The position numbers were made by a program, and so were the translations under genes. Below the pieces are notes generated by a model. The model did no database searches. It was not told the DNA's origin and saw only the letters and a list, made by a program, of their open reading frames with translations. Below are positions 34,902 to 47,200 of a stretch of 64,000 nucleotides of DNA, one piece after another. Position 1 is the stretch's first letter. The number at the start of each line of letters is the position of its first letter. Source of the stretch: a virus (taxonomy: Duplodnaviria; Caudoviricetes); IMG/VR virus record IMGVR_UViG_3300037067_010289, positions 1 through 64,000 of that record; one strand, given 5' to 3'.

Positions 34902-37274
34902 TTGAGTGTGTCCTTTAGTATTTCTTTAATCGCAAGAGACGAAACCAGAACACTTCCAAGACTGATAGAGTCTCTAAAGGAGTTCCAGCAAAGAGGCGGA
35001 GAGGTAGTTCTAGTAGACACTGGTTCCTCTGATGGAACACCAGAGTTAGCTCGTCACTTGGGGTGTAAGGTTGAGGAAGTTGGCGAGCGGTTTATTTTCA
35101 AAATTACAGACGAACAAGCTGCACAAGTCAATCAGAGGTTTCTTGTAGAGAACGAAGAACCTATCATTAAAGTAGGGGATCAACTCTTCGATTACGCTGC
35201 CGCTCGAAATCACTCTGCCAGTCTCGCATCGACTGACTATATATCGGTCGTCGACTGCGATGAGTTTTTCACCACGTTGAATCTCGACGCCATCGAAGCC
35301 GAGATCAAAAACGGTTGGGAGCAGATTGAGCACCATTTTATTTTCAATCGTGCGCCCAACGGCCAGCCTGCTATCCAGTTTACTTGCTGCCGCTTCTACG
35401 ACCGGCGAAAACTTAAGTGGCAGGGCGTGGTGCATGAAACGCTGACTGGCGCAGCAACGCGCACCTACTTGGGATCAGATATCATCGAGTTGGAGCATTG
35501 CCAAGATCAAGCCGCTGCTCCTCGTCGATCACGTTATCTTGCAGGGCTGGCGCTTGACTGCTATCAGCACCAAGACAACGATAGGAATTCACACTATTTT
35601 GGGCGAGAGCTTTTGTGGACTGGGCGTCCGAAGTCTGCAATTAAAGAACTAACCCGGCACGTGGCAATGAACCGTTGGGTTCAGGAAAAAGCTCAGTCGC
35701 TGATTTATATCGGTGATGCCTACGCACAGATGGGCGACGAAGCCAGAGCGCTGGAGCATTACAATCTTTCGTTCGTTACTGATGGCACTCGCCGCGAGCC
35801 TTTGATACGGCTGGCTGAGTATTTTTGGCGAAAGAACGATCCTCAAAAGGTTGCTTGTTATGTTGCGTCGGCGCTGGAAATTCCGCTGAACGATTGTTAC
35901 TGTAACCTCGGCGCTCACTACATGAATTTGCCGCATGAGCTTATGTACTGGGCGTTATGGTACCTGGGCAGACGAGCAGAGGCAAAAGAACATTGGGAGA
36001 AGGCGCTGGCGTATGAGCCGTCGAACCCCAAGTACTTGTCTGACAAGCAGTTCTTTTGTCCGGAACCGGACAAAATCCCCAAGCGGATTTTCACGATCTG
36101 GCTGAACGACGACCCTGTGCTTCCTGAGATCGTAACCCAATGTGTCGAGAGCCAAAAAATTCCTGGGTACGAGCACAAGATTTTGACACTCGCAGATTGC
36201 CCCAAAGGAATTCCCTATTTGGATGCTGCTTTGGCTGCAAAAAAGTGGGTTAAGGCCAGCGATTATCTGAGGCTACATGAACTGTATGAGCGGGGCGGAA
36301 TTTATTGCGATGCGGATACCGAAATTCTCCCCGGCAAAAACTTCGACGACATGCTTAGCTTTACTTTGTTTACCGGTTCCGAAGATAGCAAGTATGTGAT
36401 GAACGGCACACTAGGCGCGATTCCGAAGCATCCGGTTATTAAACAGTGCTTGGATGAACTGACCAGCAAATTTCAAGGCGACGACGAACACGTTTTTGAA
36501 GCTGCCCAACAGTTATTGACACCGCTGGTGTATCACGCTTCGGATTATCCAGACGTGAAGGTTTTTTCGCCTGAGTATTTTTGCCCCTATAACCACGCTA
36601 GGGGCACGATTAACGTCACCGCAAACACGCGAACGTTTCACCATTTTGCGAAGTCGTGGCTTAAAGAAGGCGAGCACTTCGATGTTCTACCCAAGGTAGC
36701 GATTTTATTGCCCACCTTGAATCGACCGGAAGGATTTAAACGCTGTCTAGCGTCAATTCAACAACTGCACTACCCTAAGCATCTGCTGAAAGTCTATTCG
36801 GACGACGGAGCAGAAACTGTTCCAGTGAAAGTCAGCAAGCTTTACCAGCAAGCGAAACTCGATAACTGCACGGATTTTGTCTTTGCTGCTGACGACACCG
36901 AGTTTGAGCCCTACAGCCTTTATCGAGCGGTGCAGGCCGCATTACAGCACGGCCTCGTAGCTTTTAATACAGGGGAATTAACGCCTGATAAGGGGAATAT
37001 CTGCGAGCACTTCCTTATTCGAGACGATGTGGTTTCGAAGATTGGAGGAGAAATTTTTAGTACGAAATTTCATCACTGCGGCTGCGATAACTTACTTTGG
37101 GCTAAGTGCGACAAACTAGGCGAAGCAACTCGCTGTGAGGACGCCGTAGTCAAGCACTACCATTTTAGTCGAGGGGGAAAGATGGACGCTACCTATGAAC
37201 TAGGGTGGTCACAAGTCAAACAAGATCGAGCAATACTGGCTGAAGAGTTACAAAAGCTGAATACCTCGATGTAA
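34902..37274 (+). CDS. multidomain glycosyltransferase (GT2 + TPR + GT32-like + GT2-like)
   Basis: LVDTGSSDGT, AARN, DCDE; TPR helices; IPKRI...SDYLRL...GGIYCDAD; LLPTLNR...ADD. Confidence 0.85.
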   Translation: MSVSFSISLIARDETRTLPRLIESLKEFQQRGGEVVLVDTGSSDGTPELARHLGCKVEEVGERFIFKITDEQAAQVNQRFLVENEEPIIKVGDQLFDYAAARNHSASLASTDYISVVDCDEFFTTLNLDAIEAEIKNGWEQIEHHFIFNRAPNGQPAIQFTCCRFYDRRKLKWQGVVHETLTGAATRTYLGSDIIELEHCQDQAAAPRRSRYLAGLALDCYQHQDNDRNSHYFGRELLWTGRPKSAIKELTRHVAMNRWVQEKAQSLIYIGDAYAQMGDEARALEHYNLSFVTDGTRREPLIRLAEYFWRKNDPQKVACYVASALEIPLNDCYCNLGAHYMNLPHELMYWALWYLGRRAEAKEHWEKALAYEPSNPKYLSDKQFFCPEPDKIPKRIFTIWLNDDPVLPEIVTQCVESQKIPGYEHKILTLADCPKGIPYLDAALAAKKWVKASDYLRLHELYERGGIYCDADTEILPGKNFDDMLSFTLFTGSEDSKYVMNGTLGAIPKHPVIKQCLDELTSKFQGDDEHVFEAAQQLLTPLVYHASDYPDVKVFSPEYFCPYNHARGTINVTANTRTFHHFAKSWLKEGEHFDVLPKVAILLPTLNRPEGFKRCLASIQQLHYPKHLLKVYSDDGAETVPVKVSKLYQQAKLDNCTDFVFAADDTEFEPYSLYRAVQAALQHGLVAFNTGELTPDKGNICEHFLIRDDVVSKIGGEIFSTKFHHCGCDNLLWAKCDKLGEATRCEDAVVKHYHFSRGGKMDATYELGWSQVKQDRAILAEELQKLNTSM

Positions 37275-37302
37275 CCAGTAAATTTTGCAAGACGGAAACC
37301 AC

Positions 37303-37719
37303 ATGGAAAACCTGCAAGCTAAAAACGGTAAGAATTTAAAACGAGAGTTGACTGTTGCTGCTTTTAGCGTTCTTATAACTGCGCTCGTAGCTTTTATTGG
37401 CTGGGGCCTTTTGGACAGGCTGCGTTGGGCCAGTGATTGGGGCGAAGCTAAGAAACAAATGCAAACTACTTCGGAACGGGTAGAAAAACTAGAAACACGC
37501 GATGTAGTGACACGGCAAGAAATGCTAAGCTATGAACATGTGTCAGAGGTTCAGCACCAAGAACTTCTAACCACGATTCGAGATTTAAGCAAGCGGGTTG
37601 ACACGCTTGTGACCGTTGTACAGATTAAGACCAGAGCCCAGATGGAAAAAGGCATAGACGGCGAACGGCTCTACAGTTTGCATCCTTCGCCCAAGGTCAC
37701 TAACACTAAGGAGCAGTAA
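37303..37719 (+). CDS. single-TM coiled-coil protein
   Basis: N-terminal transmembrane helix followed by a coiled coil. Confidence 0.5.
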   Translation: MENLQAKNGKNLKRELTVAAFSVLITALVAFIGWGLLDRLRWASDWGEAKKQMQTTSERVEKLETRDVVTRQEMLSYEHVSEVQHQELLTTIRDLSKRVDTLVTVVQIKTRAQMEKGIDGERLYSLHPSPKVTNTKEQ

Positions 37720-38135
37720 TGTTACCAGTTTTTGTGCGTGCCGCCCGAAAAGAAGATCGAGAAAAGTTCGCAGAATGGGCCGCGAAGACACCGAAAAACG
37801 AACTTGACCTTGACGTGGTGGGTTACAAGTCAACATCGTTTCGGTGTGCCTATAACCGCGATAAAATTATTTGCTTCCTTCCGGTTCAACGGGCACTGCA
37901 CATGGAGTCTCTGGCGCGGAATCCGGACGCTTCGGACACCGAAGTAGCCGCTGCTCTTTTGGCCTTGCTGCAAGACACTATGCGTTCCGCAGAAGAAGAA
38001 GGCGTCGGCGAAATCTACTTCATGGGCACTGAGGAGACCGTGCCAAAACTAGCTGCTCGTCGTGGATTTGAAGAACTGCCTTATCGTATTTTTCGTTTGA
38101 AGTTAAAAAATTCGGAGCCGTTAGATGTCTACTAA
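37719..38135 (+). CDS. GNAT-fold protein
   Basis: VRAARKED start and LAARRGFEEL end; precedes the ejection genes. Confidence 0.5.
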   Translation: MLPVFVRAARKEDREKFAEWAAKTPKNELDLDVVGYKSTSFRCAYNRDKIICFLPVQRALHMESLARNPDASDTEVAAALLALLQDTMRSAEEEGVGEIYFMGTEETVPKLAARRGFEELPYRIFRLKLKNSEPLDVY

Positions 38136-38301
38136 AGATGAACGGCGTGCACAGCACGAGCGTATTAATTCTCTGTCTAACTATACCGTGGCGAAAATTG
38201 TTAAAGCGCATTTTCCAAAATTAAGCGCTTCTCGCGTAAATCAAATGGCCAAGATCGTGGTTGGAGCGGCGCACGAGTTAATCTCGCCTAAAAAGGTCTA
38301 A
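38125..38301 (+). CDS. hypothetical protein (58 aa)
   Basis: GGAG RBS; fills the gap between neighbouring ORFs. Confidence 0.4.
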   Translation: MSTKDERRAQHERINSLSNYTVAKIVKAHFPKLSASRVNQMAKIVVGAAHELISPKKV

Positions 38302-38302
38302 T

Positions 38303-39031
38303 ATGGAAATCATTACGAAACTTGTTATCGATATCGAGTCAGGCGCTGTTTTGGAACGGGAAAGTTATGCATATACCGGCATGGTCTTGTGGTGCAAGGG
38401 GCCTAGCGCTGACCAAAAAGCCTTGGCGAAAGAGCAACTTGCATTCACCAGAAAGTTATCCAGTGCGTGGGACACTCGGTTCGCTGGTCAGGACGAGATT
38501 ATTAAAGGTTTGAGGACATCGCTGGAACCGATTCTTAGTGCAGGCATCGGACAATTCGGATACACGCCAGAAGAAGAAGCAGCGATGCGTACCAAAGCAT
38601 CAGAAACTACGAGCAAAGAATTCACTAGCGCAGCCAAGGGGCTAGGAGAGAAACTTGCGGCACGCGGTAGCGGTAACGTGTTTATTCCCAGTGGTGCAGA
38701 AGATCAACTTTACGCTGGTCTGTTCGGTCAAGCGGCAGAAGTTGAGTCGGGTCGGCAGCAAGATATTACGAAATCGGGATTCGATACAGGACGTTCCAAC
38801 TATTTAACCGCCCTACAAGGGCTTGGCACTGTGGCGCAAATTCAAGACCCGTTGGGTGTCGCGGGCCAATTTACTACATCTGGAACATCGACGAACAAGA
38901 CTTATTCCGATATTGCTGCCGAAGAGCAAGCCGCTTCGCCTTGGGGTGCTATAGGCGGGCTGGTGGGCGGGGCTTTGGGAGCGTTTACAGGTGGGCTTGG
39001 CTCGGGATTAGCTAAAAAGATAACTACATAG
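38303..39031 (+). CDS. putative DNA ejection (pilot) protein
   Basis: Helical, with a Gly-rich hydrophobic C-terminus. Confidence 0.55.
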   Translation: MEIITKLVIDIESGAVLERESYAYTGMVLWCKGPSADQKALAKEQLAFTRKLSSAWDTRFAGQDEIIKGLRTSLEPILSAGIGQFGYTPEEEAAMRTKASETTSKEFTSAAKGLGEKLAARGSGNVFIPSGAEDQLYAGLFGQAAEVESGRQQDITKSGFDTGRSNYLTALQGLGTVAQIQDPLGVAGQFTTSGTSTNKTYSDIAAEEQAASPWGAIGGLVGGALGAFTGGLGSGLAKKITT

Positions 39032-39039
39032 GACACATT

Positions 39040-39429
39040 ATGCCGGTTAAGAAAATAGAGGCGTTGGTGGATGCTTTCGCAAAACTCAACGGAGCGTTTA
39101 ACGATCCGGAATCTGAGGCGTATAATCTTCGAAATCCGTTGATGATAAAAAGTTACGGCCTCCCTGGGAAGCACCAGATAGACGGCCAAGGCCGTCGTGT
39201 GTTTGACTCGATGCTCAGCGGGTATCGTGCTGGTTTGTTCGATTTGGAAATTAAACTCAGCGGCAAAAGCAGAGCCAAGTTGTCTCCTGACGACAAGCTT
39301 GAAAACTTGCTGCGGGTCTATGGCATAACCGAACTTGGCGGTGTTAAGCAAATTGTTAACTTTCTTCGCCGTGCCTTAAAAGATCAGGAAATTCAGGCGG
39401 TAACGCCGCTTAGATACTTTTTGGAGTAG
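39040..39429 (+). CDS. putative virion protein, lysozyme-like fold
   Basis: NLRNPLMI...FDS...GYRA resembles NNPGNI-type virion proteins. Confidence 0.4.
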   Translation: MPVKKIEALVDAFAKLNGAFNDPESEAYNLRNPLMIKSYGLPGKHQIDGQGRRVFDSMLSGYRAGLFDLEIKLSGKSRAKLSPDDKLENLLRVYGITELGGVKQIVNFLRRALKDQEIQAVTPLRYFLE

Positions 39430-39436
39430 ATGACTT

Positions 39437-41239
39437 ATGGCAGAAAATGAAATTCCTACACAGCCCAGCGATGTCCTAACCGCAGCGGCGGCACAGCAAC
39501 CTCTACAGGCTACCATGATGCCTGCGCCCCCTAAACCTGAAGCTGCGGCAGTTCCGCCTGCGGTACAGGGGGCTCCCCCAGCAATGCCTGGAGCTGATGC
39601 CTTGTCACCTACTTTACCCCCTCGTCCCGCGGCTACAATGGGGGATCGGTTCACTGCGTTGGGTAAGGGTATCAAGCACCTGATGGGATCGCTGGCCGGT
39701 GAAACTTACTCCTATAAGGTAAATCCGGAAACCGGACAAACGGAAGAGACGCCTATCCCTGCTACGCCCGGTCAGTTTTTCCGTAACATCCTTTTAGGCG
39801 CACTCGCTGGCGGCGCAGCGGCTTCAGAGGCGCACAGTCGCCAACCGGGTATGGGATTCGGTGCAGGACTCGCTGTGGGTGGTCAGGCAGGGGTGCAGGA
39901 ACGCCAGCAGCAAGATTTGCTGAAACGTCAGCAGGCGCAGGATGAGTTTAAACAGCAGCTGATGGCTGGTAAGGAACAACGAGAAAAAGCTGAAAGCAAG
40001 TCGCAAATTGATTTGAACGCGGCCAGGATTGCTGAAGCCAATGGCACTACGATGTCGATCAATTACGCCCTATCAGGAACCTCAAGAAAAGAGCATAAAG
40101 AACTTGTTGATATGAACAATGTGATTTGGGAGCCTATGAAAACAGCAGGTGTAAAACCGGCTACTATTGATGGGAGGTCAATGGAAGACATCCCTGAAAC
40201 CGAGATACCTAGACTAAAAAGTTTAGACTTTTCTCATAAGTACATGTGGTTAGAGACTGGTGTAAAACTAAGTGATACCGTTGATCCAACAACTAATTTG
40301 CCTAAATACGAATTTACATATACAGCCTATGATCCAACACAAAAAGTTGATGTCAAATTCATGAAGCCTATGGTTGATGCTTTGGTCAAAATGGGAATCT
40401 CTAACGCGCTTCCTGAGATAAGAGAAGCACTCAGTAAAGACCGTCCTCTTCCTCTTAATGAAGCTACACGGTTGTTGCAAACTGGTCGGGCACAGTTGCT
40501 CGAAGGATTAACTCACCAAACAGCGGCACAGAAAGTAGCGAAGGAAGAGGCTGAGACCGCCTACTACGTAGCTCATGCAAAAGCAGTAACCAAAGAAGCA
40601 AATGCCGCTATGATTCGTGCGTGGCGAGAAAACAAAGAATATAAAAAAGCTGACGATGCCGAAAAAGCAGGTAGCCATTTGGACGCGCTAATGCAAGGTG
40701 TGCCCTTCGCAAAAGGAGAAAAACCAGGCCCGCCCCTTTCGATGGAAGAAGCATGGATGAAGTTAAGTTTTAATGAGCGGGAAGCTTTGAGACCAGGGCT
40801 TATCGAGAAAGGTAAGCGATTACTGGACGAATTTAAGATTAAAAGAACCGGACTAAACAAACTTGAAGGTGAGGAATTGGCGCTCGGAAAAACTGCGGCT
40901 CAGGTTAAGTCTCAGTTTAAGGCTGAAGAAGACGAGATCGGAGAAATCAACGATAGCATGGTATCGCTTCGCCGCATGATGCTCGGGATAGAAGCAAAGG
41001 AAAAAACGCTCAAGATCACGGACGCAGCTAAAATTGTCAAAGCAGTTGAGGAATATGTTCCTGTATTACGGACTCTTGAAAACGAAGCCAAGGTTCGAGA
41101 ACTCCTAAAGGGCGGCAGTCCTGAACTTGTCACAACAGCAGTAAATAGATGGAAAGAATTACACACGCCTGCGCCGCCAGCAGGGCCTACTATACAGTCT
41201 AACTCGGCGGAAACGAACATGTATCGGATGGCATACTAG
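39437..41239 (+). CDS. putative DNA ejection protein
   Basis: Gly/Ala membrane-like segment, Gln-rich coiled coil; position in the module. Confidence 0.55.
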   Translation: MAENEIPTQPSDVLTAAAAQQPLQATMMPAPPKPEAAAVPPAVQGAPPAMPGADALSPTLPPRPAATMGDRFTALGKGIKHLMGSLAGETYSYKVNPETGQTEETPIPATPGQFFRNILLGALAGGAAASEAHSRQPGMGFGAGLAVGGQAGVQERQQQDLLKRQQAQDEFKQQLMAGKEQREKAESKSQIDLNAARIAEANGTTMSINYALSGTSRKEHKELVDMNNVIWEPMKTAGVKPATIDGRSMEDIPETEIPRLKSLDFSHKYMWLETGVKLSDTVDPTTNLPKYEFTYTAYDPTQKVDVKFMKPMVDALVKMGISNALPEIREALSKDRPLPLNEATRLLQTGRAQLLEGLTHQTAAQKVAKEEAETAYYVAHAKAVTKEANAAMIRAWRENKEYKKADDAEKAGSHLDALMQGVPFAKGEKPGPPLSMEEAWMKLSFNEREALRPGLIEKGKRLLDEFKIKRTGLNKLEGEELALGKTAAQVKSQFKAEEDEIGEINDSMVSLRRMMLGIEAKEKTLKITDAAKIVKAVEEYVPVLRTLENEAKVRELLKGGSPELVTTAVNRWKELHTPAPPAGPTIQSNSAETNMYRMAY

Positions 41240-41266
41240 CGTTAGCAACCTTCATATGGTACAACT

Positions 41267-44200
41267 ATGGCTATAGATAATCCACTCGCCGGACTACTTG
41301 AAGCGACCTCTGTGACTGGCGAGGAACCCTCTATTCCTGTTTCGTCCGCTACCGGTTTTTCTACCGGTCATGAGGTAAATCCTCTGGCAGGTCTTTTAGC
41401 TGAAGATAGGCGGCTAAATGAGCCGACTCCCGTAGTGGCGGCACCCACTAGCACTTCCAAAAACCCTCTCGCGGGCCTGCTTAGCAGTGTCAAACAAGAC
41501 GAAGAACTACCCATTGCTGCTCCTCCCGAAGAAGAATATGGTATTATTCCTTTCCTCAAGGCTACCGCGCAGAGACTAGACTTAGGCCCGCTTAATCCTA
41601 TTGTCAGCGCAATGACAGGTGGAAAACCTGATTATGTCGAAGCCATCCCCGGAGCCAAGGGTCTGAAGATGGTCTACGACTACGCCACAGGTAAAAAATC
41701 TTGGGGCGAAGTCGACGCGCCTATCCTTCCTTTGCACACGTTGGGTATCACACAATGGATGGAAAAACAAGGAGCCGATGGCGGCACCAAGTTTACGGGT
41801 ACCGAGCTAGGAGCGGTCAGCGGTGTGCTGAATTTTGCAGAAGGATTTACCACACCGTCGAACGTCGCTTTGCTCGTCGGTACTATGAGCACAGGCGTGT
41901 TCAAAAGTGCCGCAGAAAAGGTTCTAACTAAGGCACTAGGTACGGAAGCGCCTACGGTACTCAAGGGTATCGAAACCATGCTGGAAGCTGGGAAGCAGGG
42001 AGCGAGTCCGACCGAAGCCCTTATCGCAGGAAAATTCGATCTAGGGCTAATGAACAAAGGTCTCGACGCCTTGGGTCGTGCTGGTATGGGGATCGGCGAT
42101 GTGCTGGCTCGCAACGGTATTTTGACCGGAGGTATTGGTAAACTTTTAGAAATGGGCGGCGTGTCTACGGTAAGAGCTGCAAAGGCTGCTGGTGCTGTTC
42201 AAGCCGCGATGAACTTAGGCTTCAGCTATCAGATGTTGGACGCTATGCACAGCCTCTCTGCTCAGATGGACAGCGAACTCGCTGACGGCGACACCAAAAG
42301 CGCGGTAGAGCATGGCGTCGAAGCATTCGGTAGCGGCTACTTCGGCATCAAAAGCGGGATCGGCGGGTTGATTGAAGGCTTCGGAGTTTTTAAGCCAGCC
42401 AAGCCTCATGTGGAGAGTCTCTCGCTGCACGAAACAAGATTTGAACTTGGCCGGTTTTTAGAGCAGCGCGAAGTTGACGCAGCTACAGGTAAAAACATTG
42501 CTAATAATCTTGCTAGCGATCTTAAGAAAAAATACAAGCTGTTGTCGGCTGAGCAGCGTGCTTCTGTTTTCAAGCTGATTGAGGCAGAGGATAATGCAGA
42601 GCTGTCTTTCCGGTTAAATCGCTTAGTCGAGTCAGCTGGCCTTCCCAGCGATATGAAAGTTCCGGAACAGGACTTGCTGGCTGGGCTAAAGAAAGAAGTT
42701 AAAACGTCTGTTATCGACCCTAAAGCTTTTATTGGGGATAGAAAAATTGAGGGCGAGGCATTTAAAAAAGAAGTTTCTGGCTACGTCGCTCGTTTGAAGA
42801 AAGGTGAAGCTCTCGACCCCGTAAAATTATTATACAACACCGATGGTCAGATCATCAGCCAAGAAGGTCTGGCTCGGGCACAAGCATATGCGGAGATCGG
42901 CGAGAAATACGCTCCGGTAGAGATTACCAATCTTCAGGAGTCCCGTCCCAGCATCGAGCGTATCCTGCATTTCAGAGAAGTCGCAGATCGACGCCAGTTA
43001 GAGGGTTCGGCGAATTACACGCCCAAAGAGCGAATGGCACTCATCCAGCAGTATCGAACGGCTCTTGATGCTACGCCTGAAATGAAAGCCTTGGCTAAGG
43101 AGGTTAGACAACATCTTGATCTTTGGTTTACGAACGCACACAAGGCAGGATTGATTGAACAAGCGATAGATAACTATATCACGCACATGTGGGAGCACGA
43201 TCCAGAGATGCTTAACATGTATCGTACTGAGTCTATGACCGGTGCGTTTGCCACGAATGTCTCCTTTGCCCGCCATCGTGTGTTTGAAAGTTCGTTCGAT
43301 GGCGAACTTCGTGGTAAAAAGCTATCCGTTACTGATCCGATTGCAATTACGTCTTACTACATTGCACGGGTTAGCGAAACCATTGCTAACCGGAATTTTC
43401 TAAATTCTCTTCGAACCCTTAAAACTTCAGACGGACAGCCAATGGTGGCTATCGCCTCAACCGGCAGTCTGGTCGAGGGTGAGAACGGCACGGTGGGGTT
43501 TGTTAATCCCAACGCTATACACGATGTTCTGATTAAACCCGAGGTTGTAAAAAGTCTGCGCGAAACTGGTGATCTGGAACGAGGACTGAAAAACGGCAGT
43601 ATCCGGCAAATCGGAAAAGATTACACCGTACCGGTGGTCGATCCCAATGAGCCAGCTTTTGTAAAATTGGAAGGGAGAACTAAACAATTTTATGATGCGG
43701 CTTTGGAGACTGGGAACGTAAACCACGCTCAGGCAATCGCGGCGCTATCTTACTATAACGCGCAGGCACAGGCTAGGGGTAAAACGCTTAACAGCGTCTT
43801 GGATCGGGTTGAAGCCGAACTTCGTCTAACCAAAAAACTGCCTGACGAAACTGCTCTTCAACAGCATGTGTCCGGAACCGAACGACGTGGACCACAGCGT
43901 ATTCAAGATTTAGCCCTGAGTCCTGAACAGCGGGATTCTGCCCGTGACTACGCCAAGGAAATGAATGTTCCGATGGAAGAAGCCATCAGGGCGACGATGG
44001 AAAAGGCTCACCCTGACGCTTCTGCAAATCTGTTGGAACAGGCAGCGAAGGCCCAGGCTAAGTTCGAAGCCCTGCCACCCGGAGAACGGGCAGGAAAACT
44101 CATACAGGAGTTGGCTGAAAAACATCTTGAACAGCCTGCCGTAGCCGAAGATATCAAAGGTGCAATAGATTTTTCTGACGCCGGTAAGGCTATTATTTGG

Positions 44201-47200
44201 GCCTATTCAAAATTTGATGTGTCAACACTGGTCCACGAGATGGCCCACCTGTGGCGGCGAACCCTTGATCCTTCTGAGTTATCTCGTATCGAAAAACATT
44301 ATGGTGTTAAGGACGGAGAATGGACGACTGAACTTGAAGAACGTTTTGCAACCGACCACGAGCGCTACGCGATGTCCGGCGAAGCGCCTACCAAGGCGTT
44401 GAGTCCTCTTTTCAAAGCGCTCCAGAATTTCATGTCTGACGTGTACAAGGGCGTCAGCAGTTCCGTGGCTGTTGCCAACGTCATGGATGACAGCACCAGA
44501 GCGCAGTGGGATCAGTTTTTCGCCATCAAGCGTCCTGTCGATGTGGCCGATGCCCCTCGCATCAAAACAATAGTCGAGAAAGCAGCACGGCCTTTTGTGG
44601 GGGCAACTAAACAAGAGTCGGTTTGGAAGGGAATTCAGGAGGGCCACGACACGCAAGAGGCCCAAGCATTGCTGGTCGACCCGGCCAGCGGTGCCGAAGT
44701 GTCAATTCCTCTTTCAGAAGTCACACCGCAGCGTATCCGCGAAGCACTGCTTGAAAAACGAGTCGAAGCTGCCCCTAAACTTGTCGCCGAACTTCACGCT
44801 CAAAACGGAGGGTCAACCGTAAATCTGTACGGCGGCAACAATGTTTCTGGCGAGTACGCGGTGTCGATCTATCCGGAACGTGAACGAATTTTTGACCACA
44901 CTCCTACTCAAGAGGAGTTGGGGGCCGAGATTAAGAAAAATCTCGATCTGCTGCGCGACCCTCGTAATAATATTGGAACGTGGGATGAGACAGACGCACA
45001 GGGCCACAAGACCGGTCGGGTGTTTGTTGACATCTCGACGACAACCCCTGATCCAGCCATTGCGGAACGGTTAGCATTTGCTTACGGGCAACTCGCCATA
45101 ACAAAACTAGACCCAGAAGCTGGTTATCCTAGTTTTCCAATTGAGGGCGTGCAAAGACTTACGCCTGAACAGCTGGTATCTTTACCTCCAGCCACTGAAA
45201 GACTTGAAGCCATTACCGGGCAGAAATCACTCTATCAAACTGTAAAACGAGAGATTCCTGAGACAACTAGACTTATGGAAGAACCGCTGCTTAAGCCTAG
45301 CGACCTTCCCGCACTTGTTGACGTAGGAAAAGCCTTAGAAGAGTTTACAAAACAAAAAGCGGGAGTTGTAAAGGCCACTCCCAAAGCTAAACTTTATCGG
45401 GCCGTGTCTACAGGAATTAAGGAGCTTCGTTATCAGATACAGCAAACATTAAATGGCCTCGGCTGGTACACCAAAGACATCGAAGGCTTCGAAAATAAAA
45501 TGCGTGCGGCTCGTCCGGAACTTCAAGACCCTGACCAAATGCAGTATTTTAAGGCCGTGGTAGCTCTGGCCAGTGCCGGTCAAGACCCTGTGGATAATCT
45601 TGCTTTGGCTGATCGAATGTGGGATGTGGCGTCCGGTTCCGGACGAATGCCCACCAGACAGAGCGACGGCCAGCGTTGGAGCACTCAGCTAAATCCTGTT
45701 CATATTCAAGCGCTAAATAATCTTGTTACTGATAAAGGGTTAACTGAAGGAATGAAGTGGCTCGTTGAAAAGCACCCGTTGGAAGAACTGAAGCCCTACG
45801 CCACTAATTCAAACTACAACTACTTAAAAAGTGCGAAAGAAGACGGCTATTACGGAGCCCTGATATTCGGCCCCAAACGTGGACCGTTCTTCCTGAACAT
45901 GAGCGGCGTTCACGATGTCCTGACAATGGATCGTTGGTTCTCGCGCACCTGGAATCGGTGGATGGGAACCATGACCGAGATGGGTAAAAATCCCACCACT
46001 GGCAAAATGGAAGAAAGATTAGTCGATGTTCCTCGCAGTGCGGCGGAGCGGCGACTGATGACTACCTCGATCAAAACACTTGCCAAAGAATTAGACATGA
46101 ACGTCGATGACGTTCAAGCTGCGTTGTGGTATTATGAAAAAGAATTATATAGGAGACATGGGCATGGCACAGACCAAATCGGATTCTCTCAAGCCGCTGA
46201 CCAATTCGCAACTGGACGATTTGAGTTCCCAGCTCCAGCAAGAGGGGAAACTGCCGACGCTGGAGAAGTTGCTCGGGGCACTGAGCAAGGTACGAAGGCA
46301 GTACGCCCCGCAGATACTCGCCGAGCGCAAGAAGCACCCGCCCGTGGAGTAGAGCAACAGACTTTCTTCCAACGTCGTAGTGAAGGCGAGCAACCGCTTA
46401 CCTATCGGAAGTTTCACCAAGAAACTCCGATTGACGCTTCGGGATTCCTACTGCCTGATGGCACTTTTACAACTGTCCCCGAAGGCCATCCCAAGTGGCT
46501 AAAAGACAATGGTTTCAGTTCCTATGCCGATGCCTTCAAAAAAGGCTTAGTCCGCGTCATGAACACAATGGGTGAACGGAGCGCTTCGTTCGCTGCGATC
46601 CAAGCTGGCGAACTAAAACCAGATACAGTCAACAAAATTGACGAGGCTTTGGCGCGTCTTCGCATCCACCCCAGCAGCAAAATTAATATCGATTGGAGCG
46701 TCGGCACCAAAGAGTACGGCCACTTGATGTACAAGGATCAAGGCACCGCTCTTGAATTTTTCCGCCGCGATGCTGTTCGAAAATTGAATGATCCTGAGTG
46801 GCGTCAACCGGTCAACGAAATGTACCAGCGTGCGCCGAAGTCTTCGTCCGAGCCGGGTGCTGGCCGCAAGGTAACAGACCCTGAGCGCTACGTCTGGAAC
46901 ACACATCACTATAAATCCATCCCCAACATGAGTGGTTGGAAGTTTGCTTTTGCAGACTCGAACGGAAATCCAATCCTGGTCGACGGTGACATTCGGGTAC
47001 ATCCTGAGATGCACCAGTATGTCATGCGGTCGTTGGGGTTGGAGAAGTCGTACCTGTCTCAGCACGAACCGTTCAAATCGTTGCTAAAAGTTGGTGGCGG
47101 ATTAAAGCACACCATCCTGTCGTTCTCGCCGTTCCATATTGCCCAAGAAGGCTTACGGGCGATTATGACCGGTGTGAGCCCAATCGGAATTGAACGATTT

